This document shows, one piece after another, positions 11,997 to 21,892 of a DNA stretch of 64,000 nucleotides. How positions within the stretch are numbered: the first letter of the stretch is position 1; each line of letters begins with the position of its first letter. Source of the DNA: Coriobacteriia bacterium (GTDB lineage: Bacteria; Actinomycetota; Coriobacteriia; Anaerosomatales; SLCP01); assembly GCA_030603745.1 (NCBI GenBank), contig JAUVXE010000003.1, positions 131,923 to 195,922 of the forward strand. Reading direction: 5' to 3'. The position numbers and the translations under genes are program-made. Below the pieces are notes generated by a model, which saw nothing but the letters and a program-made list of their open reading frames with translations, searched no databases and was not told the origin of the DNA.

Positions 11997-13343
11997 ATGC
12001 CAGACAGGACCAAGTTCGTGCTCGACGAGAAGCAGATGCCCACCAGCTGGTACAACATCATCCCCGACCTGCCGAGCCCGCTCGCCCCGCCGCTGCACCC
12101 GCAGACCGACGAGCCCGTTGGCCCGGAGGCGCTCGCGCCGCTCTTCCCCATGGAGCTCATCAAGCAGGAGATGTCGCCGGAGCGCTTCATCGAGATCCCC
12201 GAGGAGGTCCAGGCGGTCTACAAGACCTACCGCCCGAGCCCGCTCAACCGGGCGCGCCAGCTCGAGCGTGACCTCGGCCTGCCCGAGGGGGTCAAGATCT
12301 TCTACAAGTACGAGGGGGTCTCGCCCGCAGGCAGCCACAAGCCCAACACCGCCATCCCGCAGGCCTTCTACAACAAGCTCGAGGGCATCAAGCGGATCTC
12401 CACCGAGACCGGCGCCGGCCAGTGGGGGAGCGCCATGTCGATCGCGTGCGCGCTCTACGACATGGAGTGCGTCGTCTACATGGTCGGCATCTCCTACAAG
12501 CAGAAGCCCTACCGCCGCATCCTCATGGAGAGCTACGGCGCCGAGGTGATCGCCTCGCCGAGCACCCGCACCAACGCCGGCCGCCACGTGCTCGACATGG
12601 ATCCCGACTCGCTCGGGTCCCTCGGCATCGCGATCTCTGAGGCCGTGGAGGACGCCGTGTCGCGCGACGACACCCACTACTGCCTCGGCAGCGTGCTCAA
12701 CCACGTCTGTCTCCACCAGACGATCATCGGCGAGGAGGCCATCGTCCAGATGGAGATGGCCCAGGTCGAGCCCGACGTGGTCGTCGCGTGCGTGGGCGGC
12801 GGCTCGAACTTCGCCGGGATCACGTTCCCGTACTACAAGCGCCGCCTCGACGGGAAGACCAAGGCGCGGCTCGTGGCCGTCGAGCCCAAGGCGTGTCCCA
12901 CGCTGACCGCGGGAGAGTACCGCTACGACCTCGGCGACGAGGCCGGCATGACGCCCAAGATGCTCATGTACACGCTCGGCCACGACTTCGTGCCCGCGGG
13001 AATCCACGCGGGCGGCTTGCGCTACCATGGTGACTCGCCGCTCGTCTCGCAGCTCGCCAAGGAGGGCGAGATCGAGGCCGTTGCGGTGCACCAGAACGCG
13101 TGCTTCGAGGCCGCCGTGCAGTTCGCCAAGGCCGAGGGCATCCTGCCCGCGCCGGAGAGCAGCCACGCGATCCGCGCCGCGATCGACGAGGCGCTCGACG
13201 CGCGCGAGGCCGGCGAGGACCGCACGATCCTGTTCTGCCTCTCGGGCCACGGTCACTTCGACCTCGCGGCCTATGAGGCGTACAACAGCGGCAAGCTGCA
13301 GGACTACGACTTCGCCGCCGGCAGCATGTGCGAGGGCGCGTAG
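11997..13343 (+). CDS. trpB2: TrpB2-type (long, archaeal-like) tryptophan synthase beta-chain paralog
   Basis: The characteristic TrpB2 N-terminus is present (MPTSWYNIIPDLPSPLAPPLHP...ERFIEIPEEV...YRPSPL), as are the PLP-lysine motif GSHKPNTA and a length of 448 aa. Confidence 0.9.
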   Translation: MPDRTKFVLDEKQMPTSWYNIIPDLPSPLAPPLHPQTDEPVGPEALAPLFPMELIKQEMSPERFIEIPEEVQAVYKTYRPSPLNRARQLERDLGLPEGVKIFYKYEGVSPAGSHKPNTAIPQAFYNKLEGIKRISTETGAGQWGSAMSIACALYDMECVVYMVGISYKQKPYRRILMESYGAEVIASPSTRTNAGRHVLDMDPDSLGSLGIAISEAVEDAVSRDDTHYCLGSVLNHVCLHQTIIGEEAIVQMEMAQVEPDVVVACVGGGSNFAGITFPYYKRRLDGKTKARLVAVEPKACPTLTAGEYRYDLGDEAGMTPKMLMYTLGHDFVPAGIHAGGLRYHGDSPLVSQLAKEGEIEAVAVHQNACFEAAVQFAKAEGILPAPESSHAIRAAIDEALDAREAGEDRTILFCLSGHGHFDLAAYEAYNSGKLQDYDFAAGSMCEGA

Positions 13344-13422
13344 ACGACAGACCGAGGACCGTGCGGGAGCGCGGCGAGGGAGACCTCCCGCGCCCGTCCG
13401 GTCCACGACGAAAGGGCACGGC

Positions 13423-14067
13423 GTGTTCAACGACAGGACCCGGGTGAAGGTCTGCGGGCTCGCCTCGGCGCGTGACGCGGCGGAGGCGGTGCGCGCGGGC
13501 GCGGACGCCCTCGGCGTGATCCTCGCCGAGTCGCCTCGGCAGGTCACCATCGACGAGGCCGAGGCGATCTTCGCCGAGGTGCCGCCGTTCGTCGCGCGCG
13601 TGGGGGTCTTCGTCGACGCGCCCGCGGCCTACGTGGAGGAGGCGGCGGCGCGGCTCAACCTCGCCGCGGTGCAGTTCCACGGCTGCGAGTCGCCCGAGGC
13701 GTGCGCCGCGGCGCCCGCGCCGGTCATCAAGGCGGTGCGCGTGAAACCCGACTTCGACGCGGCCGACGTCGACGCCTATCGGGGCACCGTGGCCGCGCTG
13801 CTCTTCGACACCTACGTGGAGGGCGTCGCCGGCGGGACCGGACGGACCTTTCCCTGGGAGGCCGCAGGCCCGCTGCCCGACTGGGCGCCGGTGATCGTGG
13901 CCGGCGGCCTGAACCCCGTGAACGTGGGCGCCGCGATCTCGGCGCTCCACCCCTTCGGCGTGGACGTCTCCTCCGGCGTCGAGGAGCGGCTGCGCCACAA
14001 GGACCGTTTCAAGCTGCACGCGTTCGTTGCCGCGGTGCGCGCGGCCGATGAGGAGGTATCACCGTGA
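13423..14067 (+). CDS. trpF: phosphoribosylanthranilate isomerase
   Basis: GTG start at 13423 after GAAAGGG. The translation VKVCGL...DALGVI...SPRQV...VQFHG...LLFDT...GGTG..F.W...AGGLNP.NV is TrpF. Confidence 0.85.
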   Translation: MFNDRTRVKVCGLASARDAAEAVRAGADALGVILAESPRQVTIDEAEAIFAEVPPFVARVGVFVDAPAAYVEEAAARLNLAAVQFHGCESPEACAAAPAPVIKAVRVKPDFDAADVDAYRGTVAALLFDTYVEGVAGGTGRTFPWEAAGPLPDWAPVIVAGGLNPVNVGAAISALHPFGVDVSSGVEERLRHKDRFKLHAFVAAVRAADEEVSP

Positions 14068-15302
14068 GCGACGTCTTCCTGCCCTCCGCCGAGCTGGCCT
14101 ACTCGAGCCCCGACGCCAAGGGGTTCTTCGGCCCGTACGGCGGGACCTTCGTGCCCGAGACCGTCGTCCCTGCGCTCGCCGAGCTCGCCGAGGCGTTCGA
14201 GGCCGCGCTCGACGACCCCTCGTTCGCCGAGGAGTACACGACGCTGCTCGCCGACTACGTGGGCCGTCCCACGCCGCTCTACCGTGCTGACCGCCTCGCC
14301 GCCGAGGTCGGGCTCGGCGCGGTCTACCTCAAGCGCGAGGACCTCACCCACACCGGGGCGCACAAGATCAACAACACCGTGGGCCAGGCCCTGCTCGCCC
14401 GCCGCATGGGCAAGCTGCGCGTGATCGCCGAGACCGGCGCCGGGCAGCACGGGGTGGCGACCGCGACCGCCGCGGCGCTCCTCGGCCTGGAGTGCGTGGT
14501 GTTCATGGGTACCGAGGACATACGCCGCCAGTCGCTCAACGTCTACAAGATGCGCCTGCTCGGCGCGGAGGTCGTCCCCGTCGCCGACGGCACCGGCACG
14601 CTCGCCGACGCGGTCACGGCGGCGCTCCGTCACTGGGTCGAGCGGGTCGAGGACACCTTCTACGTCCTCGGCAGCGCGGTCGGGCCGCATCCGTACCCCG
14701 CGATGGTGCGCGAGTTCCAGAAGGTCATCGGCGAGGAGACGCTCGTGCAGCTGCAGGGCCGCGAGGCGCCGCTGCCCGACGCGGTCGTGGCGTGCATCGG
14801 CGGGGGGAGCAACGCGATCGGCATGTTCTACCCGTTCCTGCGCGACCTGCCGGCCGGGAGGCGACCGCTGCTCGTGGGCGCCGAGGCGGCCGGCCTCGGC
14901 GTGGAGACCGACAAGCACGGCGCCGCGCTCACCAAGGGCTCGCCCGGCGTGCTGCACGGCTTCTACTCCTACCTACTGCAGGACGACGCCGGCAACCCGC
15001 TCGAGGCCTACTCGATCTCGGCCGGCCTCGACTACCCCGGCGTGGGCCCGGAGCACAGCTACCTCAAAGACGAGGGTCTCGTCCGCTACGAGGCGGTCAC
15101 CGATGCCGAGGCGCTCGACGCCTTCGCGCTGCTCACGCGCACCGAGGGCATCATCCCCGCCATCGAGAGCAGCCACGCGCTCGCGATGCTGCCGCGGCTG
15201 GCCGCCGAGCTCGGTCCCGAGGCGACCGTGGTGGTCAACGTCTCCGGCCGAGGGGACAAGGACATGGACATCGTGCGCGAGGCCGGTCTCGGTGGGGAGT
15301 GA
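14064..15302 (+). CDS. trpB: tryptophan synthase beta chain (canonical TrpB1)
   Basis: [11 protein letters not shown]...[14 protein letters not shown]...[12 protein letters not shown]. The GTG start overlaps the trpF stop (GTGA). Confidence 0.95.
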   Translation: MSDVFLPSAELAYSSPDAKGFFGPYGGTFVPETVVPALAELAEAFEAALDDPSFAEEYTTLLADYVGRPTPLYRADRLAAEVGLGAVYLKREDLTHTGAHKINNTVGQALLARRMGKLRVIAETGAGQHGVATATAAALLGLECVVFMGTEDIRRQSLNVYKMRLLGAEVVPVADGTGTLADAVTAALRHWVERVEDTFYVLGSAVGPHPYPAMVREFQKVIGEETLVQLQGREAPLPDAVVACIGGGSNAIGMFYPFLRDLPAGRRPLLVGAEAAGLGVETDKHGAALTKGSPGVLHGFYSYLLQDDAGNPLEAYSISAGLDYPGVGPEHSYLKDEGLVRYEAVTDAEALDAFALLTRTEGIIPAIESSHALAMLPRLAAELGPEATVVVNVSGRGDKDMDIVREAGLGGE

Positions 15303-16131
15303 GCCCGACACCCCGTCGACCCGCGACCTCGGTTTCGTAGGCGGCTTGGGCGGCGGTTTCCCTGCGGAGCGCGCCGCGCTCGTGGTCTACCTCATGGCGG
15401 GCTACCCCGACCGGGAGACCTCGCTCGCCGCCCTGCACGCCGTCGCCGACGCGGGCGCCGACGTGATCGAGCTCGGCGTGCCCTTCGGCGACCCGGTTGC
15501 CGACGGCCCGGTGATCGCCGAGGCCGCGAAGGTCGCGCGCGAGGGTGGCTTCGGGCTCGCCGAGACGATCGGGCTCGCGGCCGAGTTCATCGCCTCGCGC
15601 GCCGCCGGGAGACATCCCGCGCCGCCGGTCGCGCTCATGACCTACCTGAACCCGCTCATGCGCTTCGGGCTGCCGCGCGCCGCAGCGGCGCTTGCTGAGG
15701 CCGGGGTGGCCGGCGTGATCGTCCCGGACATGCCACCCGACTCCGCCGCGCCGTGGCTCGCCGCCACCGCGGCCGCCGGCGCGCCGGAGACCGTGTTCCT
15801 CGTCGCGCCGACCTCGACCCCCGAGCGGCTCGCCACGGTGGCGGCGTCGGCCTCCGGCTTCGTCTACGCCGTCTCGACCACCGGGATCACCGGCGAGCGC
15901 GCCGAACTCGCTGCCGGTCTCGAGGCGTTCGTCGCGCGCGTGCGCGAGGCGACCACCCTGCCGGTCGCGGTCGGGTTCGGGATCTCCGAGCCCGCCCAGG
16001 CGGCCGAGGTCGCGCGGATGGCCGACGGCGTCGTGGTCGGCTCGGCGGTGGTCAGGCGCCAGGGAGACCCGCGTGCGGTGGGGGAGTTCGTGGCCGCTCT
16101 CGCCGAGGCGGTCCGCTCGGCGCGCGGCTAG
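15292..16131 (+). CDS. trpA: tryptophan synthase alpha chain
   Basis: [12 protein letters not shown]...[19 protein letters not shown]...VAVGFGIS. I chose the GTG at 15292, which overlaps the end of trpB, but the exact start is uncertain. Confidence 0.85.
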   Translation: MGSEPDTPSTRDLGFVGGLGGGFPAERAALVVYLMAGYPDRETSLAALHAVADAGADVIELGVPFGDPVADGPVIAEAAKVAREGGFGLAETIGLAAEFIASRAAGRHPAPPVALMTYLNPLMRFGLPRAAAALAEAGVAGVIVPDMPPDSAAPWLAATAAAGAPETVFLVAPTSTPERLATVAASASGFVYAVSTTGITGERAELAAGLEAFVARVREATTLPVAVGFGISEPAQAAEVARMADGVVVGSAVVRRQGDPRAVGEFVAALAEAVRSARG

Positions 16132-16213
16132 CCGGCACCGCCTGACCCCTGAAACGAGAACGGCACCCGCCGTGGTGGCGAGTGCCGCGATTCCTGAGAC
16201 GTGTGCCGGTGGC

Positions 16214-16354
16214 TCACCGCACGTGGTGGACCACCTGGACCTTGTATCCGTTGCCCCCGCACTCGGGGCACTTCTGGTTCTTGCCGCCCTGCGACGTGTC
16301 GACCTTGACGTACCGGTCTCCGCGACACCTCGGACATGTCTGCTTCCGTACCAT
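16214..16354 (-). CDS. 46-aa zinc-ribbon protein with two DnaJ-type CxxCxGxG-like knuckles (not in the ORF track)
   Basis: I reverse-translated it by hand: MVRKQTCPRCRGDRYVKVDTSQGGKNQKCPECGGNGYKVQVVHHVR*. GGAGG sits 6 nt upstream of the ATG, and third-position G/C usage matches the host. Confidence 0.6.
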   Translation of the reverse strand: MVRKQTCPRCRGDRYVKVDTSQGGKNQKCPECGGNGYKVQVVHHVR

Positions 16355-16460
16355 CCCGCACCTCCGTGCGACGGGCCCGCGCACTGCCTACTAGGTTTCC
16401 TCGGCACGAGCCAGCTTAAACATTAGCACCACTTAACCCCCCTGGACAGGGGGTATGCGT

Positions 16461-16476
16461 TGTGACGTTCTTCACA
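16461..16476. promoter_or_regulatory. consensus CRP/GlxR-type site TGTGA-n6-TCACA
   Basis: tTGTGAcgttctTCACAa has both half-sites perfect. It lies in the divergent, lower-GC intergenic region between the zinc-ribbon gene and nadE. Confidence 0.5.
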
Positions 16477-16596
16477 AGCTCTTAAGCATCATTCATGCCA
16501 GTTCGTCCCGTGTGCCGCATTCGCGCGGAGGGGTCGCGGTGCTATGCTGTGCGCGTCGGTGGGCGCACCAGGGGACCGAAGGGCCGGGGAGGCGCA

Positions 16597-18273
16597 GTGC
16601 GGATCGCGATCGCGCAGATTGACACGGTCGTCGGGGACATCCCCGGCAACACGGCGCGCGTGCTCGAGCGCATCGCCGCCGCACGCGACGCGGATGCCGA
16701 CCTCGTGCTCTTCCCCGAGCTCGCACTCACCGGCTACCCGCCCGAGGACCTGCTCGCCCGGACGCATTTCGTCGCCGAGAACCGCGCCGCGCTCGACCGG
16801 GTGGCCGCCGCCTGCACCGGCATCGCCGCGTTCGTCGGGTTCGTCGACCGGCACGACGGCATGCTGCGCAACGCCGCGGCGCTGTGCGAGGGCGGCTCGG
16901 TCACGCTCGTCTACCACAAGCGCATGCTGCCCAACTACGGAGTGTTCGACGAGGAGCGCTACTTCGAACCGGGTTCCGACCCGGTGGTCTGCGAGGTGGG
17001 CGGAGTCGCCGTGGCCCCCACGGTCTGCGAGGACGTCTGGTTGCCCGCGGTCCCCGCCGAGGCGGCCTCGGCGGGCGCTCGTCTCATCGTGAACATCTCC
17101 GCCTCGCCCTTCCACGCCGGCAAGGCGCCCGCGCGCGAGCGGATGCTCAGGGACCGCGCGCGGGAGAACGGCGTGTGGCTCGCGTACTGCAACCTCGTGG
17201 GCGGCCAGGACGAGCTCGTCTTCGACGGCCGCTCGGTGGTGGTCTCGCCCGCCGGCGAGGTCGTGGCCCGGGCTGCCGCCTTCGCCGAGGAGCTCCTCGT
17301 CGTCGACCTCCCCGGACTCGCGCTCCCCGCGGACCCGGCGCTCCCCGCGGTCCCCGCCACTCCGCCGGCCGTCTCCGCCCCCGCCGCGCCGACGGCGGCC
17401 GCCCCCTCCGGGGAGCCCGGCCCCGCCGGCCTCGAGGAGATGTACGGCGCGCTCACCCTCGGCCTCGCCGACTACGTGCGCAAGAACGGGTTCGCCGACG
17501 TGGTCGTGGGCCTGTCCGGCGGCATCGACTCAGCGCTCGTCGCGACGATCGCCGCCGACGCGCTCGGCCCCGAGCACGTCCACGGGGTGACGATGCCGTC
17601 GCGCTACTCCTCGGCGGGGAGCGTGGAGGACTCCCGCGAGCTCGCCTCGGCTCTCGGCATCGGGTTCCACGAGCTCTCGATCGAGCCGGCGTTCTCGGCG
17701 TTCCTCGACACCCTCGCGCCGGTCTTCGCCGGGCACGGGCCTGACGTGACCGAGGAGAACCTCCAGGCGCGGGTGCGTGGCACGCTCCTCATGGCGCTCT
17801 CGAACAAGTTCGGCTGGCTCGTGCTCGCGACCGGCAACAAGAGCGAGCTGTCCGTGGGCTACTCGACGCTCTACGGCGACATGGTGGGAGGGTTCGCGCC
17901 CATCAAGGACGTCTTCAAGACGGTCGTCTACGACCTCGCCCGCTGGCGCAACGAGCGTCCGGGCGGGGCGGTGGTCCCGCATGCCGTGATCGCCAAGCCG
18001 CCGAGTGCCGAGCTCCGCCCCGACCAGCTCGACGAGGACTCGCTCCCGCCCTACGAGGTGCTCGACGCGATCCTTGCCGCCTACGTCGAGGACGACCTCT
18101 CGCGGGAGGCGATCGTGGCGCGCGGGCACGACCGGGCGACCGTGGAGCGCGTCTGCGAACTCGTCGACGGCGCCGAGTACAAGCGCCGCCAGGGCCCCCT
18201 CGGCATCCGTGTCACGCCCAAGGCGTTCGGCAAGGACCGCCGGATGCCCGTCACCAACCGCTACCGGGGATAG
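16597..18273 (+). CDS. nadE: glutamine-dependent NAD+ synthetase
   Basis: GTG start at 16597 after GGGGAGG. The N-terminal part is a CN-hydrolase domain (VRIAIAQIDTVVGD...LVLFPELALTGY). The C-terminal part is the synthetase domain (GLSGGIDSALV). Confidence 0.9.
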   Translation: MRIAIAQIDTVVGDIPGNTARVLERIAAARDADADLVLFPELALTGYPPEDLLARTHFVAENRAALDRVAAACTGIAAFVGFVDRHDGMLRNAAALCEGGSVTLVYHKRMLPNYGVFDEERYFEPGSDPVVCEVGGVAVAPTVCEDVWLPAVPAEAASAGARLIVNISASPFHAGKAPARERMLRDRARENGVWLAYCNLVGGQDELVFDGRSVVVSPAGEVVARAAAFAEELLVVDLPGLALPADPALPAVPATPPAVSAPAAPTAAAPSGEPGPAGLEEMYGALTLGLADYVRKNGFADVVVGLSGGIDSALVATIAADALGPEHVHGVTMPSRYSSAGSVEDSRELASALGIGFHELSIEPAFSAFLDTLAPVFAGHGPDVTEENLQARVRGTLLMALSNKFGWLVLATGNKSELSVGYSTLYGDMVGGFAPIKDVFKTVVYDLARWRNERPGGAVVPHAVIAKPPSAELRPDQLDEDSLPPYEVLDAILAAYVEDDLSREAIVARGHDRATVERVCELVDGAEYKRRQGPLGIRVTPKAFGKDRRMPVTNRYRG

Positions 18274-18282
18274 GGGGCGTCC

Positions 18283-18765
18283 GTGACCACGCCCGCCCGC
18301 GGCCTGACCGTGCGCCCGCTCGATCCCGCCTCGCCCGCCTACGCCGAGGCGACCCGCCTGCGATACGACGCTCTCTACCGCGAGTGGGGCTTGCCGCGCT
18401 CGCTCACCGACGACGCGAACGCGGCGGCGTTCTATCACATCGGCGTGTTCGACGCGGACGCGATCGTGGGCTACGCACGCATCGACCTCGCTCTCGATGA
18501 GCCCCAGATCTACCAGGTCTCGGTCGCCCGGGACCGGCGCGGGGAGGGTATCGGCGCGCTCCTCGTCGAGGTGCTGAAAGGGATCGCCGCCCAGGCCGGC
18601 CACACCGAGGTCTGGCTCGACGCCCGGGCGCACGTGATCCCCTTCTACGAGCGGCTCGGCTTCGAGGTCGTGGGCGAGGAGTTCCTCTCCAGGCGCACCG
18701 CGACGCCGCACCGGCGGATGCGTGCGCCCCTCGGCGGAGATGCCGACGCGCCCCTCGGCGGATAG
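18283..18765 (+). CDS. GNAT family N-acetyltransferase
   Basis: QVSVARDRRGEGIGALLV...FYERLGFEV is the acetyl-CoA binding motif (Q/RxxGxG/A). Confidence 0.8.
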   Translation: MTTPARGLTVRPLDPASPAYAEATRLRYDALYREWGLPRSLTDDANAAAFYHIGVFDADAIVGYARIDLALDEPQIYQVSVARDRRGEGIGALLVEVLKGIAAQAGHTEVWLDARAHVIPFYERLGFEVVGEEFLSRRTATPHRRMRAPLGGDADAPLGG

Positions 18766-18933
18766 CGCGCTTCGCGGTCGTCGCCCGGCCGTTCACGTCT
18801 GGCAAACCGGACCCGCATCGCCTACCCTGTAGGGGTGGGCCGTGAGCACGCCGCGAGGGGTGGCATCCCGGTCCCGCCGCCGCGCCATCGGGCGCCGCGA
18901 GACGCCGTCACAGACTCGAGGAGGGGTCCCCAG

Positions 18934-19872
18934 ATGCCCAGCATCACCCGTGAGCAGGTCCGCGTGCCTGCCGACGTGCCCGCCGAGGCACGCGAGACCT
19001 ACATCGACAACTACCTTGCCGCGACCCGCGGCACCGGTCGGCTGATGCTCTTCGCCTGCGACCAGAAGATCGAGCACCTCAACGACGACTTCTACGGTGA
19101 GGGCATCGCCGAGGAGGACGCCGAGCCCGAGCACCTGTTCCGCATCGGCTCGCAGGGCGTGACGGGCGTGCTCGCCGGACAGCGCGGGCTCGTGGCGCAG
19201 TACGGCGCCGACTACCCCGACATCAACTACCTCGTGAAGATGAACAGCAAGTCCCACCTCGTGAAGACGAGCCAGGACGACCCGTACTCCCCGCAGCTCT
19301 ACGACATCCAGACCGTGCTCGACCTGCGCGACAACGGCGTGAACGTCGTGGGCATCGGCTACACCATCTACATCGGCTCCGAGTATGAGTCGAACATGAT
19401 GACCGAGGCCGGCCAGCTCATCGCCGACGCCCACTCGCAGGGTCTGCTCGTGGTGCTCTGGATGTACCCGCGCGGCAAGGCGGTCGCCAACGAGAAGGAC
19501 GCGCACCTCATCGCCGGCGCCGCCGGTGTCGCGGTCGCGCTCGGCGCCGACTTCGTGAAGGTCAACCCGCCCAAGGGCACCGACGCCGCCTCCTCGGCCG
19601 AGCAGCTCAAGGAGGCCTCGCTCGCCGCGGGCCGCACCGGCCTGGTGTGCGCGGGCGGCTCGACCGTCGACGCCAAGACGTTCCTCACCCAGCTCTGGGA
19701 GCAGATCCACGTGGGCGGCGCGATCGGCAACGCGACCGGCCGCAACATCCACCAGCGCTCGCTCGATGAGGCGGTCCGCCTCACCAAGGCGATCAGCGCC
19801 ATCACGCTCGCCGACTACTCGGCCGATGACGCCCTCGCGGTCTTCGAGGGCACGGCCGACTTCACGCTGTAG
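18934..19872 (+). CDS. class I aldolase of the DhnA/FbaB (archaeal-type fructose-bisphosphate aldolase) family
   Basis: GRLMLFACDQKIEHL...YLVKMNSKS...GADFVKVNPPK (Schiff-base Lys context). The ATG at 18934 follows GAGGAGGGG. Confidence 0.85.
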   Translation: MPSITREQVRVPADVPAEARETYIDNYLAATRGTGRLMLFACDQKIEHLNDDFYGEGIAEEDAEPEHLFRIGSQGVTGVLAGQRGLVAQYGADYPDINYLVKMNSKSHLVKTSQDDPYSPQLYDIQTVLDLRDNGVNVVGIGYTIYIGSEYESNMMTEAGQLIADAHSQGLLVVLWMYPRGKAVANEKDAHLIAGAAGVAVALGADFVKVNPPKGTDAASSAEQLKEASLAAGRTGLVCAGGSTVDAKTFLTQLWEQIHVGGAIGNATGRNIHQRSLDEAVRLTKAISAITLADYSADDALAVFEGTADFTL

Positions 19873-20012
19873 GGGCGCACGCCCCGGGGCGCGGGACCGC
19901 ATCCGCACGGCACCGTCCGGCTCGCATGCCGGGCGGTGTCGTGGTATGCGGGAGCCGCCCGGGGCGTGTATACTCCGGTTCCCGATACCGACCGGCCGAC
20001 CACAGGATCCCG

Positions 20013-20894
20013 ATGTCGATCTCAGACTGGTTCAAGGCGCGCGAGGCGCGCCGCTACACCTCCGCCAAGGGCGCGCCCGCCCGCGGGGCGGACCTCCCCG
20101 ACGGCGTGTGGGTCACCTGTGACTCGTGCAAGCGCATCGTCTACGACGGGCAGCTCGCCGAGAACTTCCGTGTCTGCCCCTCCTGCGGCCACCATTTCGA
20201 CCTGACCGCGCACCAGCGGGTCGAGCTCCTCGCCGACCCCGGCTCCTTCACCGAGTTCGACGCGGGCGTCACCTCGACCGATCCGCTCGGGTTCGTCGCG
20301 GCCAAGCCCTACGTGACGAGCCTCGCCTCCGCGCGTGAGCGTTCCGGTCTGCCTGAGGCGGTCGTGTGCGGCCGCGCCACCATCGGCGGCCATCCGGTCG
20401 TGCTCGGCGCGATGGACTTCCGCTTCATCGGCGCGTCGATGGGGTCGGCGGTGGGCGAGAAGGTCACCCGGACCTTCGAGGTCGCGCTCGCCGAGCGTCG
20501 CGCGGTGGTGCTCTCGACCGCGTCGGGCGGCGCCCGGATGCAGGAGGGGATGCTCTCCCTCATGCAGATGGCCAAGACCTCCGCGGCCGCGCGTCGCCTC
20601 GCCGAGGAGCGCCTGCCGTACCTCTCGGTCCTCACGAACCCCACGATGGGCGGCGTGACCGCCTCGTTCGCGGTGCTCGCCGACGTGATCCTCGCCGAGC
20701 CCGGGGCGCTCGTGGGCTTCGCCGGCCCGCGGGTCATCGAGCAGACCATCAAGCAGCACCTTCCCAAGGGCTTCCAGACCTCGGAGTTCCTGCTCGAGCA
20801 CGGCATGGTCGACGAGGTCGTGCCCCGCGGCCAGCTGCCCGCCCGCGTGACGCTGTTGCTCGACTACCTCGTCCGCGGAGGTGAGGTCGCATGA
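20013..20894 (+). CDS. accD: acetyl-CoA carboxylase carboxyltransferase beta subunit
   Basis: MSISDWFKAR..., the zinc ribbon CDSCKRIVY...CPSCGHHF, and GGARMQEG. A TATACT -10-like box lies at 19969-19974. Confidence 0.9.
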   Translation: MSISDWFKAREARRYTSAKGAPARGADLPDGVWVTCDSCKRIVYDGQLAENFRVCPSCGHHFDLTAHQRVELLADPGSFTEFDAGVTSTDPLGFVAAKPYVTSLASARERSGLPEAVVCGRATIGGHPVVLGAMDFRFIGASMGSAVGEKVTRTFEVALAERRAVVLSTASGGARMQEGMLSLMQMAKTSAAARRLAEERLPYLSVLTNPTMGGVTASFAVLADVILAEPGALVGFAGPRVIEQTIKQHLPKGFQTSEFLLEHGMVDEVVPRGQLPARVTLLLDYLVRGGEVA

Positions 20895-21859
20895 AGCGCC
20901 GTCACGTGATGGACTTCGAGCGCCCGCTCGTCGAGCTCGAGGACAAGCTCGCGGAGCTCCGCTCGCTCGACCTCGCCCAGAACCCGGAGCTCGCGTCGGA
21001 GGTCGAGAGCCTCGCGGCGCAGATCGACGTGTTGCGCGAGGAGACCTACGCCTCGCTCTCCCCGTGGGAGCGCGTGCAGGTCAGCCGCCACCCGGACCGG
21101 CCCAAGACGCAGGACTACGTCGCGGCGATCTGCACCGACGTGATCGAGCTGCACGGGGACCGCACCTTCGGCGACGACGAGGCGATCCTCGCCGCACTCG
21201 CGACCATCGACGGGCACCGTGTGGCGGTCCTCGGCCATCGCAAGGGCAAGAACACGAGCGAGAACATCGCGCGCAACTTCGGGATGGTGCACCCCGAGGG
21301 CTTCCGCAAAGCGATGCGCGTCATGCGCCTCGCCGAGAAGTTCGGCCTCCCGCTCGTGACCTTCATCGACACTCCCGGCGCCTACCCCGGTATCGAGGCC
21401 GAGGAGCGCGGCCAGGCCTGGGCGATCGCCGAGTCCCTCTCCCTCCTCTCCGGCCTGCGCGTGCCCGTGGTCGCGGTGGGCATCGGCGAGGGAGGTTCCG
21501 GCGGAGCGCTCGCGATCGGCTTCGGCGACCGGCTCATCATGCTCGAGAACGCCTACTACTCGGTGATCAGCCCCGAGGCGTGCGCGTCGATCCTGCACAA
21601 GGACGCCGGCAAGGCCGCCGAGGTCGCGAGCTGCCTGTCGATGACCGCCACCGACCTCGTGGGCCTCGGCATCGCAGACGAGGTGCTTCCCGAACCGGCC
21701 GGCGGTGCGCACCGCGCCCCCGAGGAGGTCTTCGGCGCGGTCCGGGCACGGGTCGCGACGGCGCTCCGCGAGCTCGGCTCGGTCGGTTCCGATGAGTTGC
21801 AGGAGCGGCGCTACGCGCGTCTGCGCGCCATCGGGGTCATCGGTTCGGACGAGGGGTAA
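20891..21859 (+). CDS. accA: acetyl-CoA carboxylase carboxyltransferase alpha subunit
   Basis: RHPDRP...GDR.FGDD.AI...FGM..PEGFRKA.R.M.LAEKF..P..TFIDTPGAYPG. It overlaps the accD stop. Confidence 0.9.
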   Translation: MKRRHVMDFERPLVELEDKLAELRSLDLAQNPELASEVESLAAQIDVLREETYASLSPWERVQVSRHPDRPKTQDYVAAICTDVIELHGDRTFGDDEAILAALATIDGHRVAVLGHRKGKNTSENIARNFGMVHPEGFRKAMRVMRLAEKFGLPLVTFIDTPGAYPGIEAEERGQAWAIAESLSLLSGLRVPVVAVGIGEGGSGGALAIGFGDRLIMLENAYYSVISPEACASILHKDAGKAAEVASCLSMTATDLVGLGIADEVLPEPAGGAHRAPEEVFGAVRARVATALRELGSVGSDELQERRYARLRAIGVIGSDEG

Positions 21860-21892
21860 GTACACCCGAGACCGCGTGGTGACGACCCGGAG

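Noticed and set aside
16128-16361. 77-aa track ORF (MRDGTEADMSEVSRRPVRQGRH...).
   Set aside because: The composition is not protein-like and no SD is present. A different frame on the same strand gives a clean 46-aa zinc-ribbon ORF with a GGAGG SD, which I report instead.
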